Source of the DNA: a virus
Lineage: Duplodnaviria; Caudoviricetes
DNA: 64,000 bases
Virus record (IMG/VR): IMGVR_UViG_3300021256_000073
Coordinates: 39,607-103,606 of that record
Reading direction: 5' to 3' (one strand)
Below the pieces are notes generated by a model. That model saw nothing but the letters and a program-made list of their open reading frames with translations. It had not been told where the DNA came from and ran no database searches. Of the stretch, positions 22,094-36,942 are shown one piece after another (the first letter of the stretch is position 1; each line of letters begins with the position of its first letter). The translations under genes were made by a program, and so were the position numbers.

Positions 22094-25000
22094 ATGGCAG
22101 ATCCAAAAAATCCTTTTGATTTCGGTACAGGAAGTATCGATAAAGACCAATGGCTAAAGGATATAGACAATGAATAGGAAGGCTTTGTATCACAATATGC
22201 AAATGCAGCTAATAAGCATAGAACTACATTGCTTAGATAGGCTTTCCAGGATTTGAGAAATCGAATAGCTAGTGGTGACATGCTGAGCCGTACTGCGGAT
22301 GGATAGTATCAATTCGGTTCAGCATTAATAAGTGGAGATAAACACATGCAAGAAGCTTATCAAAGAGCTCTTGGATTTATGGGAAATCTAGCAAGGAGAC
22401 AAATCAATACTCCTGCTCCAGAACCCGAAAAGAAAAGTATAGGAAACATAGAAGAAAGATGGATAAAGTCGCTTAACCCATCTGGAAATTATAATAAAAC
22501 TGCTTACTGGAAGAATCAAACTGATGAGGAAAGAAGAAACAACCTAAAAACTTTCTTAAACAATGAACTTACTAAGGTAAATAATCATGAGTATAATGAT
22601 TATGGAGGTTTTAATGATGAGGCTACCCTTACTAATAGACTTAAGTCAGTACTAACTGCTTTAGAAAGTCAGAAAGCTAATGATTGGACTCTTCAACAGC
22701 TTGGTTTTACAAAGAATTGGTTACAGCAACCAGAAGAAGAAAAAGAAGAGGAGGCACCAAAAACTAGATTAGAGCAAGCACAAGAAAACTATCAAGCAGC
22801 AATAGCTGATTAGCAAGCCGCTTAGATAGAACAATAGACAGCTGCTTTAAATACCCCATCTCCAGTAACAAAGTCTGTATTTTAGGACGATCCTAACAAA
22901 TTCTGGAACTATATGTCATATAAAAGATAGGAACAGAATAGAATAAACAATCTTAAATATATAGATGAAAATGGAAATGTATTTTTAAAAGCAGGAGTAG
23001 GATTTAACTACGCCCCAATGGGTAATGGAGTAACATCCTATACTAAAACCACAAGAAATACTGCTTGGAATGGACAAGTGGCTAATGCTGCAAGAACTCA
23101 AGCAGCTAACTAGTATAACTCTGAGTACAATAAAGAACTTGACTCTTATTTTAAAAACTTAGGAATAAGTTATGAATCTTTAAAAGACAAAAAGTTTACT
23201 AATCCATTGATGACTAATTTAGCTAAGTTATTCACATATAAAGCCTCTAAAGATGGTAACCAGTATGTGGCAGCTAATACTATAAGAAAATATTTTACTC
23301 AGCTGGAAAATGGAACATATGGATTGAAAGGAACTAATTTCTCTTATGATCCTACTCAAGGTATCATATATCAAACTTCTAACATTGATAATTATAAAGA
23401 AGGAGGGGTAATTAAGGCTTAGCAAGGTTATGTTTTTGATGATTCAGAGTATGTAAGTACTCCTAAACCTAAGCAAGTTCAACCAGGTGAATCTATTAAA
23501 GGAAAGCCTGTTAAAAGTCCTTTTGATGGATGGTCTGCAGGTGATTATGCTTTACTAGGTAGTGCTGCTGCAGATGTAGCTTCAATGGCTGCTTCATTTG
23601 TTCCTGGAGGACAATTAGCTTCTGGACTTATAGGAGCTGGAAGTACTTTAACTTCTAGTATGGTAGACTTCTCTAGAGGTAATCTTAAATCTGGAGGTCT
23701 CAACTTAATTCTTGGTTTAGGTGCAGATGCAGCTGGTATGCTGCCTGTTATTGGTACAGCAACAAAGACTGCAAAGATAGCAAAGACTATAGGTAAACTA
23801 TCAAAGGTATTAGTTCCAGCATTTGCTATGAGTGGTGCTACTGCTGCAGCTTAGGCAACTTCTAAGCTTATTAAAGGTGAGGCATTGACTCCACAGGAAT
23901 GGCAGGATTTGGCTCAAGGTTTCCAACTAATTGTAAGTGGAGGTGCCAAGGGTATTGCAGGACACAAGAATGCTGCATTTAAACGTACTCAAGCAGAAGG
24001 AGTAACTCACTATGATGTAAATCTAAAAGATGGAGCTACCACTAGAATAACTAGAGAAGAATTTGAGGGTGCTAAAAGAAATGATTATAAGGGAACTGCT
24101 GAATAGAATATATTTGGAAAAATAAAAGGTAAACCAGTAGTTACTAAAGAAGGTCTAAATAATGCTCATAAAAAGATAGTATCTGAAAGTCTTAATCCTT
24201 TAAACTCAGCTTCTACTAGTCAGTACAATTATATGTTAGGCAAAGCTGGAGATAATGGATATTAGATTAAATCATGGGATACTCCAGAATGGGCACCATT
24301 AAAGAGCTTATAGGAAAAGCGTTTAGCTTCTATATAGGAAGTTAAGTCTTAGACACCAAAAAGAAAAAGAAAAGGAAAATCTAAGGCTTCTAAAAAGGAA
24401 ATAGGAGGAATTCTTAAGGCTCTTAGAAAAGGAGGTATTATTAAAGCAGAAAATGGGTGGAACACAACTACTTAGTTTAAATGGGGAGATGGAGACTTTT
24501 ATAAACAACAAGAGGAACCAGCTAAAACTCCTGTTACAGGGCCAACTATAACTCCTCCAATGAATGATTAGCCTTTTATTCCAGACTGGTATATGCAAAG
24601 ATTTAATAATAGCTAGGCTATTAAGAACTTGCCTGATCTCACTAAGCATACTACTAATCTTAAAGAAAGATAGTCAGGAACTAATCTTGATTATGCTTAT
24701 TTTATGAATGATGCTTATGCTAATTCTGGACAAGCTAATAAATAGACAGATATTTAGAACTATTTTAATCAGTCTCCTAATTTAAAGGCTAATAATTTAC
24801 AAGAGCTAATTAATTTCTACAATAATGATATAGATACTCTATATAGTCCATTTAATAATGGAGGATTTGACTATACTAAGGATGATGCTACTAGTCATAA
24901 TAACCTATTTAAAAAGGTATATGGCTCTCGTTCAGATAAAACTGAAGGCGGTCAAAGATGGGATATAGGTTGGGATGCAAACGCAGGAACTTTAAAGACT

Positions 25001-26188
25001 GCAGGTTCTGCCACTCATGCTAGACGCCCTGTCAATTATGAGAAGAGCTTTGAAGATGAACTAATAGAAAATCCAGAGAAAGCTAAACAAAGAGTGGCAG
25101 AAGTTAATTATAACAATATAAAAGGTAAGGTTTTTGTAGATGAAAGTGGTAAACTTCATGTTTTAACTCCTGAACAAGAAAAAGCATTGGAAGGAAAACC
25201 TGAAGATCAAAATCTAGATGGAAAAGGTAAAGGAAACGTAGTAGCTGAAGAGACTGAACTAGGCACTGCTTTCCCAACTAAAATTAAGAATCCATTTGAC
25301 CCAACCCTATTGTTAAATAGTACTAAATTGGGGGTTTCTTTATTTGGAAATGCTGATATTTATAAAAATCTTGAAGCTGAATATCCAGAAGCTCCCCAAA
25401 ATGAGTATATTGATAGAAAGTTGGCTATTGTAGGAGATTAGAGAAGTATCGATGAAGCACGTAATAAGATTGCAGATTTACGTCATATACAAAGACAATA
25501 GCAAGGTTCTGACCAACAAGTTAATTTTGCATCTGCATTAGAAACTGAAAGAGTTGGTAGAGATATAATGGATAGTGGCTTTAAGAATGATGCATTAAGA
25601 CAGTTTGATACAGCACAGAAGTCTTGGAATATAGACAATGAAGATGTACTATATAATGCCAAAATGAAAGGTTTGAATGATGCAGAAAGAAAGAAAAGAC
25701 TGCTTTCACTAGCGCAAATTAGAGCAGCTCATCGTAGTAGTAATTGGAATGCAATTAAAAATTTTGTAGACGATGATTCATTCTGGGCACTCAAGAAATA
25801 TCAGACAGAAGTTGATTTAGCTAATAAGGCTAAAGAAGTTCAACTTGGTACTTTGGAACAAAAAGTTGATGATACATTAACTGCTGATTCTAAGTACAAA
25901 TCTATTCTTGATAAGTACAATGCTGGACAGGCTATTTCTGATGAAGAAAGAGCTTACATTAGAACAAAGAAAGCAGAAGTACTTAAATAGATTAGAGGTT
26001 CTTATGCATCTGATTATTATAATTTATATCACGATCCAATTTTTGGAGGCGGATTCAAAACTATGATAGCAAAGAATGGAGGTTCTCTTGAAAAAGAGAA
26101 ACTTAAAGCAAGAAGTAAAGACAATGATAGATATGTAAGTATGATTAAAGATTTACGTAAAACATCTTATAGACGTAGAAGAAGATGA
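22094..26188 (+). CDS. Large cargo/ejection protein with hydrophobic helical hairpin, 1364 aa (TAG=Gln)
   Basis: Joins ORFs 22346, 23207, 23585, 23885, 25094 and 25568. Membrane-like segment ASFVPGGQLASGLIGAGSTL...LILGLGADAAGMLPVIG and several xxGG motifs. ATGA overlap at the 3' end. Confidence 0.75.
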
Positions 26189-28068
26189 AATTAAATATAA
26201 AGAAATTTCAATTTGGAGGTGAGTTTGCCTCTTTAGCTATTGGATATACTCCAACTAGCCCTCAGACAACAGCGGGAGCCTATGCTCCTGCTATTGCTGA
26301 GAGTAGCTAGACAAGTTCTAAAAGTTCTTCATCTTCAAAAGATGATATATCTATAAAAGATGTACTTAAAGTTTTTGAAGGGGTTAAAGGACTTCCAATA
26401 GATGTAGACTATGTAATTAAGGATTTTAAATAGATGTTCCAAGATGACGTACTATTTGGAACTACTGGTAAACCAAGTTATTCCAACTTAGTAAGTTACT
26501 ATCTTAATAATGTTAGTAAGTTTAATGCTTTACGTCGTGGAGAGGAGATGTATGATAAAGCACGTGAACAACTTGTAGCAAATAATAGCTTAGACGAAAT
26601 AGCTATTGATAGGCATGGAAGAGTACTTGTAACTAATGAAAAAGGAGATTTAGATGCAGTTACTCTTGAAGAATTTAAAAAGGGAGATTATACAGCGCTA
26701 TCTAATAGAGATTTACTTGACCTTAGATAGACTAAACTTCCATTTGGAGATAATATCTACAGTAATATGACTGGAGTTGGAATGGAAGATGTTATTAAAA
26801 AGATTAATAGTGTAGCACATAGCTTCGGAACTTCAGAAAAGAAACTTGAAGGATATACTGTTAAATAGTCTGATGCCATTAAATCTGGATTAGCTGCTAT
26901 ATAGGAAGCTCAAGGACTTGAAGCCTCAGCTATGACAGTTGATGGACTTTATAAGAATTCTGTTATTACTAAGGACTAGAAGTAGCAAGCCTAGTATGCT
27001 ATGTAGGCTATATATAATAGTCTTACCCCACAAGAAAAAACACTTCTAAGCATACATTCTTAGGGAGGAGATCCAACCGAAACTATATCTAATATAGTAT
27101 TATCAAGAACTTCTAATACATTTAATTTTGATACTGAATATCAAGCTAGTCTTAATGCTGATGGTTCTAAGAAAGAATCTTCTAGTACTAAGGAGGATAA
27201 AGAAGGAAATGATAATCCACTTACATAGATGTTAGAGCAAAAAGGAGGCCTTCCATCAGTTCTTAAGTTTATTACTAAAGAAGGAGAGTTTTCTATGAAT
27301 ATACCTGGAACTCAGTATCCAATGCTTAATAAAGTAAACGGAGATATGAGTATCAATCAAATGCTTCAAGTTAGTGGTATTGCTGGTATTACATAGGGAT
27401 TTGGTGGAATTACAATGGGAGACCAAAGGGTTCCATTTGAAAACTTAAAAGATATTATGTATGAAAATCAAGGTGGACAAGTTGCTGTTCTTCCAGCTAC
27501 TACAGACCAACTTGGTAATAAAGTAGTTGATTTATCTATAATGGATGACTACAATGAAATTGTACGTAGTATATAGGCTCCACAAGGTTCAGAAGCATGG
27601 AATAGAGAATTAGCAAAAGGACTTAAAGCTAAAGGTCTTGACCAATACTTACAGGGTTCTGATACTTTAGATAGTAGACGTTTTGGATTATTCTTAATGG
27701 TCAATGGTTATACCACAGACAGATGGAAGTTTAATAAGGATTCTAAATATGTAGAGTAGATTACTCCTACTAAAGAACTAGAGCAAAGAATGTCTGCTGC
27801 TTTAAGTACTGATAAAGATAATAAGAATTATAAAGTTGATATAGATGACTGGGGACTTGGATGGATTGCCGAAGGTTCATATGATGATATTTATAGAGGT
27901 ACTGTTTATATACCACTTAATCCAAACAGAAATGCCGCTGTTAGTGCATATGGAAGTACAGTTTCTCATCAAGTAGGCCAGTTATATGAAAGAAATTATC
28001 AAGATATTCTTTCTGGTAAGGTAGATTAGCAGAAAGATACAAGTAGTGATATACTGAACGAACAATGA
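26185..28068 (+). CDS. Putative cargo protein, 627 aa (TAG=Gln)
   Basis: MKLNIKKFQFGG...; joins ORFs 26434 and 27790. ATGA overlaps at both ends. Confidence 0.75.
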
Positions 28069-31000
28069 AGAAAAATGATTTTATAGTTGCTAGTATAAAC
28101 AATCCTGATTTCACAGTTGCAGATTTTAAAGATATATCTGAAATGAATTTAGGAAATACCTAGATGTTATCAGAGGAGGAGTACTTAAAAAGTAAATTTA
28201 TTAAGGAAAATCCTCTGTTCTAGGATAGTAATGGAAATTTTGTAAAACAAAAATTCTCTGATTTTTATAGATAGAAACTTAGAGACTTTAGCGAATTTAG
28301 TACTGAAAGTTCTTTAGATAATTATCAATATGGACTTTTCGATACTTTTCGTAAAGCAAAAGATAATGTAAGACCTTTTGGTGTTAGTTTTGAAAGAGTA
28401 GCTAATTCAGAGAGAAGAAGTACTGGTATTGTAGGTCCAAATATGTTAGGAGAACGTACCTTATCTGATAGAGAGCTTGCTCAACGAGAAAAGGTCTTTG
28501 ACTTTGAGAAAGGTGAATTTAGAGATTATACTCCTAATGATTTAGCTTTTACTAAAAATCCATTGTCTTGGATAGGTTCATTATTTGATGACCCATTGGT
28601 ATTAGCAACATATGATGAAAATGGAACTCACTACGATCCTATTTTAGGTAGACAGGTAGAACATGTTAAAGGTCAAAAGAAATTAAATGACCATGGAGTT
28701 CCATATTATGAAACACTTGCAGGACGTTCTGCAGCTAATAAGGATATCCTTAGTGTTACTGATACACTAACTGTAGATGGCTCTTGGATTAATAAGTATG
28801 ACTTCTTTGATTCTGATGGAATGGATAAGAGTATTGCTGGTACAGTAATGAAAAACTTGGCAGTGATAGCTCCTATATTTATTCCTGGAGCTGGACAATA
28901 TTATGCAGGAGCTTTAGTAGTAAGAGAGATGGCCAAGACTATGCCAATGTTATATGGTATGGCTGGACTATTTAATAATGATTTAGCTGACTCTAAACTT
29001 ATAAATACTGTAAGTGCTTTTGGTAATAAATTCACTGGTAATACATCAGATTATGCTAAAGAAAATATGTTTTCTTTTGAAAACTTTGGAAGTCTTGTAT
29101 CTGATGTAGCCCTACAATGGTCACAATAGCAATGGATTATTAATAACCTATCTAAAATAAATAAGGCTACAAAAGCCACAGAAGAGGCAGCTAAAGCCAA
29201 AGCACTTGGGGAATATACTAAACAAGCAAAAGCTTTAATGACTCAAGGAGAAAAAGGAGAGATAGCAATGTCAAGAGTTGCACAGCTTACAGGTGCTAAA
29301 GATAGAGCTGCTCTCAATGAATTATTAAAGAGTGACAAATGGATGGCTACTACTTATGGTGGTGCTGCTCTTGAGAAATATCTTACTCCAGCTAGAAATA
29401 TAATTGCTAATAAAACTAAATTAGCACAAGACCTATCTCTTGGTTATATGGCCATTATTTCTAATGGAGATGTATATCAAGATGCACTTGACCACGGTGC
29501 ATCTAAGAGAGAAGCAGCTATGTTAGCCTTAGGTAGTACTGTAGGAATGTTTTCTGTTGATAAGTATTTGGGACTTGGAGAAATGTTCTATGATCCAGCT
29601 TAGAAAGCAGAAAGAGCTGCTTACAGAAATGCAGTATTAGGAGAAACAAAGAAAATTACAGAATAGCTCAAGCAACTTACTCCTGAAGTAACTGTCGGCA
29701 TGGGTAACAAGGCCGTTTCAGATACAAAGAAAGGTCTTGGTAAATACTTTATGAAAGGTATACAAGCAGGTAGAAAAGCAGTAGAAGACTATCATAGTGC
29801 TATTAAAGAAGGAACTCTTGGATTCTTTGGTAAAGCTCTTGGTGAAGGTTTGGAGGAAGTATCTGAAGAACTTGTAACCGATATTACTAAGCAACTTGGA
29901 GAGATAGCTGGACAGTATGGTATTTCTGGAACTACTGATTTAGGTGCTTGGGAAAATATGAAAGATAGATATCTTATGTCATTTTTAGGAGGTGCTATTG
30001 GTGGAGGTATATTCTCTCTAAAGGATGGAAACTTTAAAGCCCGTCAAGCATCTGGAGAGTTACTTACTCTTCTTAGATAGGGTAAGGGATAGGAAATTCG
30101 TGATGAGCTTAAAAGAATGCATGATAAAGGATAGCTTGGAAGTACTGAACTTTCTTATAAGACAGAGCAAACTTATGATGAAAAGAATAATCCTCAGGCT
30201 GTATTCCTAACTGCTGATGATAAGAACCAATCACAAAATGACTATGCTTATAATGTACTTACATAGTCAATAGAACAAATAGAATCTATATTACAAAAGA
30301 ACCATCTTGTAAAGTCTGAAGACGAACTTTTTGAAAATCTAGTCCTTCAGGATGAAAACTATACTGCTCTTAAAGACTATTTACAAGATGCTTCATATAT
30401 AACTGGTTATCAAAGAAGATACCAGCAACTTGTTAAAAACATAGTAGCATAGGAATAGAAGATTAGGGAAATGGAAAGCTCAGATAGTGGTGCTAATAAA
30501 AATAGAACTGAACTAGATGAAGCTAAGAGAGATCTTAATAATATGCTACTTGAAAGAGATAAATTCTTTAATGGAGATTACTCTCTTGAATACTTACAGA
30601 AGATGCTATTTGCTACTAATCTATAGTTAGCAGGAGCATTTATGGACCTAACAAAAAAATAGTTTACAAGATCTATGCTTAATGTAGATTATGATATGTT
30701 AGATGGAGGTATGAAAGAGTTTATTGATAAGGCTTATGAACAATAGGTAAAAGATCCATCTAAAATAGAAGAATAGCTTGATAAATCATTTGATTTATTC
30801 AAGAAACTACAACCATAGATGGAACCTATACTTTCTAAGCATGCAGGTGGAAGTAAACAATGGGAAAATATTCGTAAGATGCTTGATGAGAAGGGCATTT
30901 TAAAGAATGAAGATATGTATACAGTTGATTCAATGCTTCCCGGTGAGGATGAAGAATCTGAATCATATGTAAATAGAGCTACTCTAAAAGAAGGTGAGTC

Positions 31001-34000
31001 TCAAGCAGACTTTGCTAAAAGACTTAGAGATAGAGCTATGACTGTTGCAGAACATAATGCTCGTCTTAAGATTCAAAAACTTCAACAAGTTCTTGATGAA
31101 GCTAAAGTTGATTCTTATGACCCAGCTACAGGTATAACTAAGCCTGCTTCATTTATTGATCCAAGCACACGTCGTTATTTGATGGCTTATCTTGGAGAGA
31201 CACAACAACACATTAAAAATAGACTTATTGCTCGCACAATAGGAACTGCAGTTAGTAAAGAACTATTAAATGATGCAGATAACTATGACGAAATGATTAA
31301 GAAAGTAAGAGATTCTTTAAAAGAACGTTATGAAAGATAGTTAGGACAAGCTTATATGACTTATCTTGGTACACAAGATTATAAAGGACTTACTTCTTTC
31401 TATAGTCAGTTAACATCAAAACAGAAGTTCACTCTTGAAGAGGTACTGAAAAATCTTAATAGAGAAGGTTGGGAGGATTTTACTGTTGCAGAATAGTTAG
31501 CAGAAATGTTTACTGAAGCCACTGGTGCAGAAGGTGATTTTGATTTTATATAGGCTGCTCAACAGTATGATGACTTATATAATTAGTATATGTCTGAATC
31601 TGATCCAGATAAATAGGCTGACCTTAAAGATTAGCTTGATGCACTAGGACAAAAGGAATTTGAAGCCTGGAATCAATCTAAACTTGATACTGATGTTTAG
31701 AGTATGGTAGATACTGAGATGAAGAATATTGAATCTAAATTATCTAAACTTAGTAATCTATTTAAAACTGATGCTGACTTAAAAGCTGCTAAAGACCTTG
31801 AAGAAAGACTTTCTGTTGAGGATAATCCAGCAGTAGAGCTTGTAAAGCAAATAGCTCCTAAGATTGGAAGTTCTGCAGTAGAAGTTGAAAAGGCACTTGA
31901 GTCTATACATAAGCAATTTATGGATAATGAAAAGCCTTATGACTTTGTGTTATCTGGAGACCAAGAAAAATATCTACAAGATGCTTAGAAGCTTATTAAA
32001 ATAGTTACTGCTATGGTAGCTGCAGCTTCTCGTCCTTCTAATCTTAATGATGGAATGACATATAATAAAGCTGTTAATAAGTTCCATGCAGACCACCAAG
32101 GAAAACAAAAAGACTCTGAGTTCTTTAAGAATTTTGAACCTTTGTTTGAAATGGATGAGAAAATAGGTGGACAACTTATTGCTGCATTAAATGGATATTC
32201 TAAGGAAATTGATTAGTGGATTGAATTATCAAGAACAAACAAAGCTAATAGTGCTGCTAGTTTACAAAGAGCTTCTGAAGCTTTACATGATGCAAGACTC
32301 GATTTTTTAGGCGGAAGTATGACGTCTAATAAGTATCTAGAGAACAGTATTATTGATACAAGTTCTAATTATGCTTTATTTGACTTTGAAAGACAGTTCC
32401 ATGAAAATGTCAATGAAGCTATAAAGAATGGAACTTCACTAAAAGAAGTATTTGAAGACTTGCTTGCACACCTTAATTAGGATGATGCTATACTAAGTGG
32501 AGTTACCTCTAATATTGATGAAGAACTTAAAGAACTTACAGCATATGATAAGTTCATGTATCTTACTTCATTAATTGCTTTAGATCCTGCAGAACAGCTT
32601 AAGAAAGAACTTCAATTTACAAAAGACAATCCTAAAGTTGCATCACTTGCTACACAATAGCCAGGTATGTTACTTGGTCAAGCACTAGATGCTAATCCAG
32701 ATGTTATTAATACTGCTCTGGAAGTATTATAGGACTTAGCACATAAGAAAGGTATTGATGTTCCTGTATTATGGAATGCTACTGTCGTTACAGGTATAGG
32801 TGGAGGTGGTAAAACTACTGTAGAAGCTAATTATCTATCTAATGATGATGAACTTACTTGGGTATCAGGTCCAACTGATTCATAGGCAGACGGACTAAAA
32901 ACTATTCTACCTAAAGCAAAAGTGCTTAGTATTGAAGCCCTTAAAAAGGCTATATATACAGGAGAAATTAAGTCAAAACCTGGAAAAGGGCTTGATAAGG
33001 GTTGGAAGCCTAAAATACTTGTTGTTGATGATTCAAAATTTGTAACTAAGGACGCTCCTAAACACTTAGTAATTGATGAAGCAACACACATAGATAACCT
33101 TGACTTATAGCTTATATCTAGATGGGCTAAGCTAGCTGGAGTCAAGATAACTTTACTTGGTGATGAAAATCAGAGAGGTAAAGAATATAATTTAAATAGA
33201 GAAGCTGTTATAGCTTATAGAACCCCAAGACTTAATTTCTCATTGAGAAATGAAAGTATTTGGAAAGTGCAGAACTAGAACCAACTGGTTCGTATGCTAG
33301 ATAAAATGAGGAATTCTTCAGGAGAAACAACTGAAGCAGTATTCAAACAAGTACTAGAAGAGCTTCATAATAAATTAAATATGAGTTACTTCGAGAACGA
33401 AACTACATTAGAAGGAGATAAGATTACTTCTAAGGTTACTGCTGAAGACCTTTCTAAATTAAGTGGAAGTATTGCCTATATAGGTGATAATAAAACTCTT
33501 GAAGAATTTATAAAGACTCATCTAAATCCTGGCACCACTTTTACGGCTATGGATAAAGATTCTGTCCAGGGTAAGGAATTTGACTATGTAATAGTTGATT
33601 CTGACTGGGGAGGAAGAATGGCTAAAGGAGCAGATAGTAAATTTAAATATGAAGAGCATATCTTTGAAACTACTGAACTTCTTAGAGATTTATATACAAT
33701 GATTTCTAGAAGTAGAAAGGGTAGTATTGTAATTGATAATCAAATAAGTAATGTGGTTAATGCTGTAAAAGAGGATTATACTACAAAATATGAGAGACTT
33801 GGTGAAGATGTTGTTCAAGCATTTAGAGAGGCTCGTATTGCTTATATAGAGGATATGCTTAATCATATTAAGGAGGAAGAACCTGCTGCAGTAGAAGTGA
33901 CTGAGGAGCCTGAAACTCCTAAAAAGGAAGGAGAAGAACCTTTAGAGGAACCTGGTACAGAAAATATTCCAGAAAAGAAGAAGGAAGAAATTCAAAAAGT

Positions 34001-36941
34001 TGAGAAAATGGATTTTGAAAAGAAACCTATAGGTTATAGAGCTTATGGTAATGTTGCTTTTATAGGTAATGTTGTTATAAACGGAAAAGATTGGATACCT
34101 CAATCTGGACCTATAAGAGATATTGGTCTATTCTCTCCTAAAGCTGATGGAACTCTTGCTTCTACTTATGAGGAAAAGAGATAGCTAGTAAGAGATCTTA
34201 ATTTTGTTAAAAGTTTATTCTTATATGACTTGGATATTGATTTATATGATTTACCAATGTCATTAAGAGGAAAAATTACTAAAGAATCTCTAAAGAACGC
34301 TTAGTTCTATCTTGTAGCTGAGAATAGGGGATATGTACATAATCTAACTGGACGTACTACTTTAAAATAGGACGAATTAGATTTCATTCCTGGAAAAGTA
34401 ATAAGCATACAAGCAAGGATTGACACTCCTGCTGGTCCAGCTATTATTACTCTTGGAGCTGTAGCTAATCCTAAAACTTGGATAGATGGAATAAATAAAA
34501 ATCCTGAACTTTCTGAAGAGTAGAAATAGGAATAGATAGCACAAGCACAACACTATGAAAGTTAGTTAAAAAATCTTATAAATAGTGATTCCTAGGAAAT
34601 TCATATAAATAAACCTAAATTTAATGGTCGAACAGAATTAGTACCACTTAGATGGAAGGACGTTCTAACAGAAGAACAACTTAAAAATCTTCCAGATCCT
34701 AATGCTAGAAGAAGCATTAGAATTGAAGATTTATATGATGATACCTCTGAATTTGATGCTAGAACAGGTAATTCAGTTGTAAGTCCAATACATATAATAA
34801 CTGCTCCTATACCAGGAATTGATGTAAGTTTAGTTGGACATTCTGTTTTATTTGTTTCTAACAACAACACATTAAATCCAGAACAATTAGGTAGACTATT
34901 TATATAGTAGCAAAATGATAGACATGCTGGAAGAGAATCTAAAGCTTAGGTAAGAATGATAGTTCTTGACAATGAGGGTGTATCATTCCATTCTCTTTAC
35001 AGAGGAAGTTTTAAAGATATATATAGTACAACTCTATAGGATAAGGAGTTTGAATTCCCAATGAATCTACAAGCTACAAGTATTCGTATGCTTGCTTCTT
35101 TATGGAACTTTAGAGCAGATCTTAACAGATTTATAAATGCTATGAACAATTCTGGTTATACCAGAGAATAGCTTATAGATATGGCTAAGACTGATTCTGA
35201 ACTTTATCAGGAACTTCAAAATAAAAAGATTGAAGAATATAAAGCAATGTATGGAAAAGAACCAGAGCAAATACCTGTTATTTCTAATACAGAGTATAAG
35301 CAATGGCTCAAAAATTACTCTGATAAAGAAAAAGTAGATAAAGTTCTTAAACTTATTGAATTTAATGAGAGTTCTGACCTTCCTAGATTTAGAGTTGGAT
35401 GGAGTAATATTACAGGTTCGTATATAAGAAGAATATATGGACTTAAAGAAGGAAATCCTTATTACAAGGATGTAAAGAACTGGAAACCAGAAGAAACAAA
35501 TGGTATTTATATCAATCCTGATTTGGCTTACCAATATCAAGAGATGCTTAATTACTTATTTGATAATGTAGTTAATAAAATCTATGATACCACTCCTTTA
35601 GATGTAAATGAAAGAATCAATTACAAGGAAGGAGAAAAATGGTTGCTTGAATCTAAGGGTATGAAACTTACCATTAATGATGAAGGTAAAACTATAAATA
35701 TTCCAACTCAGGATAAAGTTAAAGCTTTACCTCTTATTCTATCTAAGATAGCTAATTTCTTATATTATAAAGCTCACTTTGGCTAGGATGTATTTAATGA
35801 TAAGAAAATCAATAAGAATCTATTTCATATCTATCTTGATTATGAAAATAAGAAAGGAGAAATAGAATATGATTTAGACCAGTTCTTATCAGCAGAAGTA
35901 AATGGAGAAACTGTTAAAGGACTTCTTAAGGAAGCTTCATCTAGAAGAGATGTTATAGGACAGAATGAATATAAGTATAAAGATGACTCAATAGGCTATC
36001 AAGATGCACGTATTGATAACTTCTTTAACTTAATATTCCACGGAGTTCCATTTGAAAAGCATTATAATGATTTTAATCATAATGTATAGTCAGATACATT
36101 AGCTTTATTTAAATATGGATTCCTATCTGATCCTGTACTTATAGCAAGTGGAGGTAGAGCAAGTGATATGATTGCACCTTGTGCTACTAACAGAAAATTA
36201 TTTAAGTTAGATGTAGTTCCAGGAAATCCTATTCTTGAATTTACATTTGACTAGGTTTCTGAAGCAGGTCCTGAAGTAGAAGAAACTACAGAGCATCCTT
36301 TGCTAGCAGAAGCTAGAAGTCATGGACTCGATACTTCAAGATTTAATTTAGATGGTTATACAGATGATGAGATAGTAACTTTCATAGAAAGAAAATTTGA
36401 TCAACGTGATAGTAAGATATTTGCTAAAGGTGAAGGAGACCTTTCTAAATTAGTAATGAAAGTAGAAGCTGATAAGATTTACACATTAGCAGATACTAAT
36501 CCTGAAATAGGAAATATTGTTAAATAGGAACCTACTGGAGATGGTAAAGGCTTTACAGTTACTAATGATAAGGGGGTTAAATTCGAAATACATTATGCTG
36601 ATCATGAAATTACTGTAAGTGAACCTAAGGCTGCCCCTGGGGCAAGAGTTGAAGGAGAAGGTCCAAAAGTTGAAGTGAAAACTGAATTTACAGGAGGTGA
36701 GATATTCGATGCTGTTAATGCCTATATAAAGGATAAACCATAGTATGCAGATAGTGATTCACTTACTGAATGGTTAAATGGTGATACTGAGGTTTCTTAT
36801 GCTTTATAGGACTTGAAAGCATATAAGGAAGATTTAAGAGCTACTTTAATGGATGAAGGAGTTCTTGAAAAAGATGATATAGATAACATAATGAATGAAT
36901 TAGATGTACTTATCAATAAAATAAATACAAGCGATTGTTGA
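28065..36941 (+). CDS. Giant virion/ejection protein with superfamily-1 helicase domain, about 2958 aa (TAG=Gln)
   Basis: Ten track ORFs in one frame, separated only by TAG. Ejection-protein-like segments (LGEGLEEVSEE, FLGGAIGGGIF). SF1 motifs GIGGGGKT (32793), VIDEAT, LLGDENQ, SVQGKEFDYVIVD and YTMISRSRKG. Ends ...SDC TGA. Confidence 0.85.
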
Positions 36942-36942
36942 T

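Noticed and set aside
14325-30210. Out-of-frame + strand ORFs 14325..14540 and 30025..30210
   Set aside because: Both are nested in alternative frames of continuous larger genes, and no frameshift is needed to explain the main genes.
36632-36644. Short GC hairpin TGCCC-CTG-GGGCA in the helicase-bearing gene
   Set aside because: The stem is only 5 bp, has no U-tract, and is explained by Ala-Pro-Gly-Ala codons.
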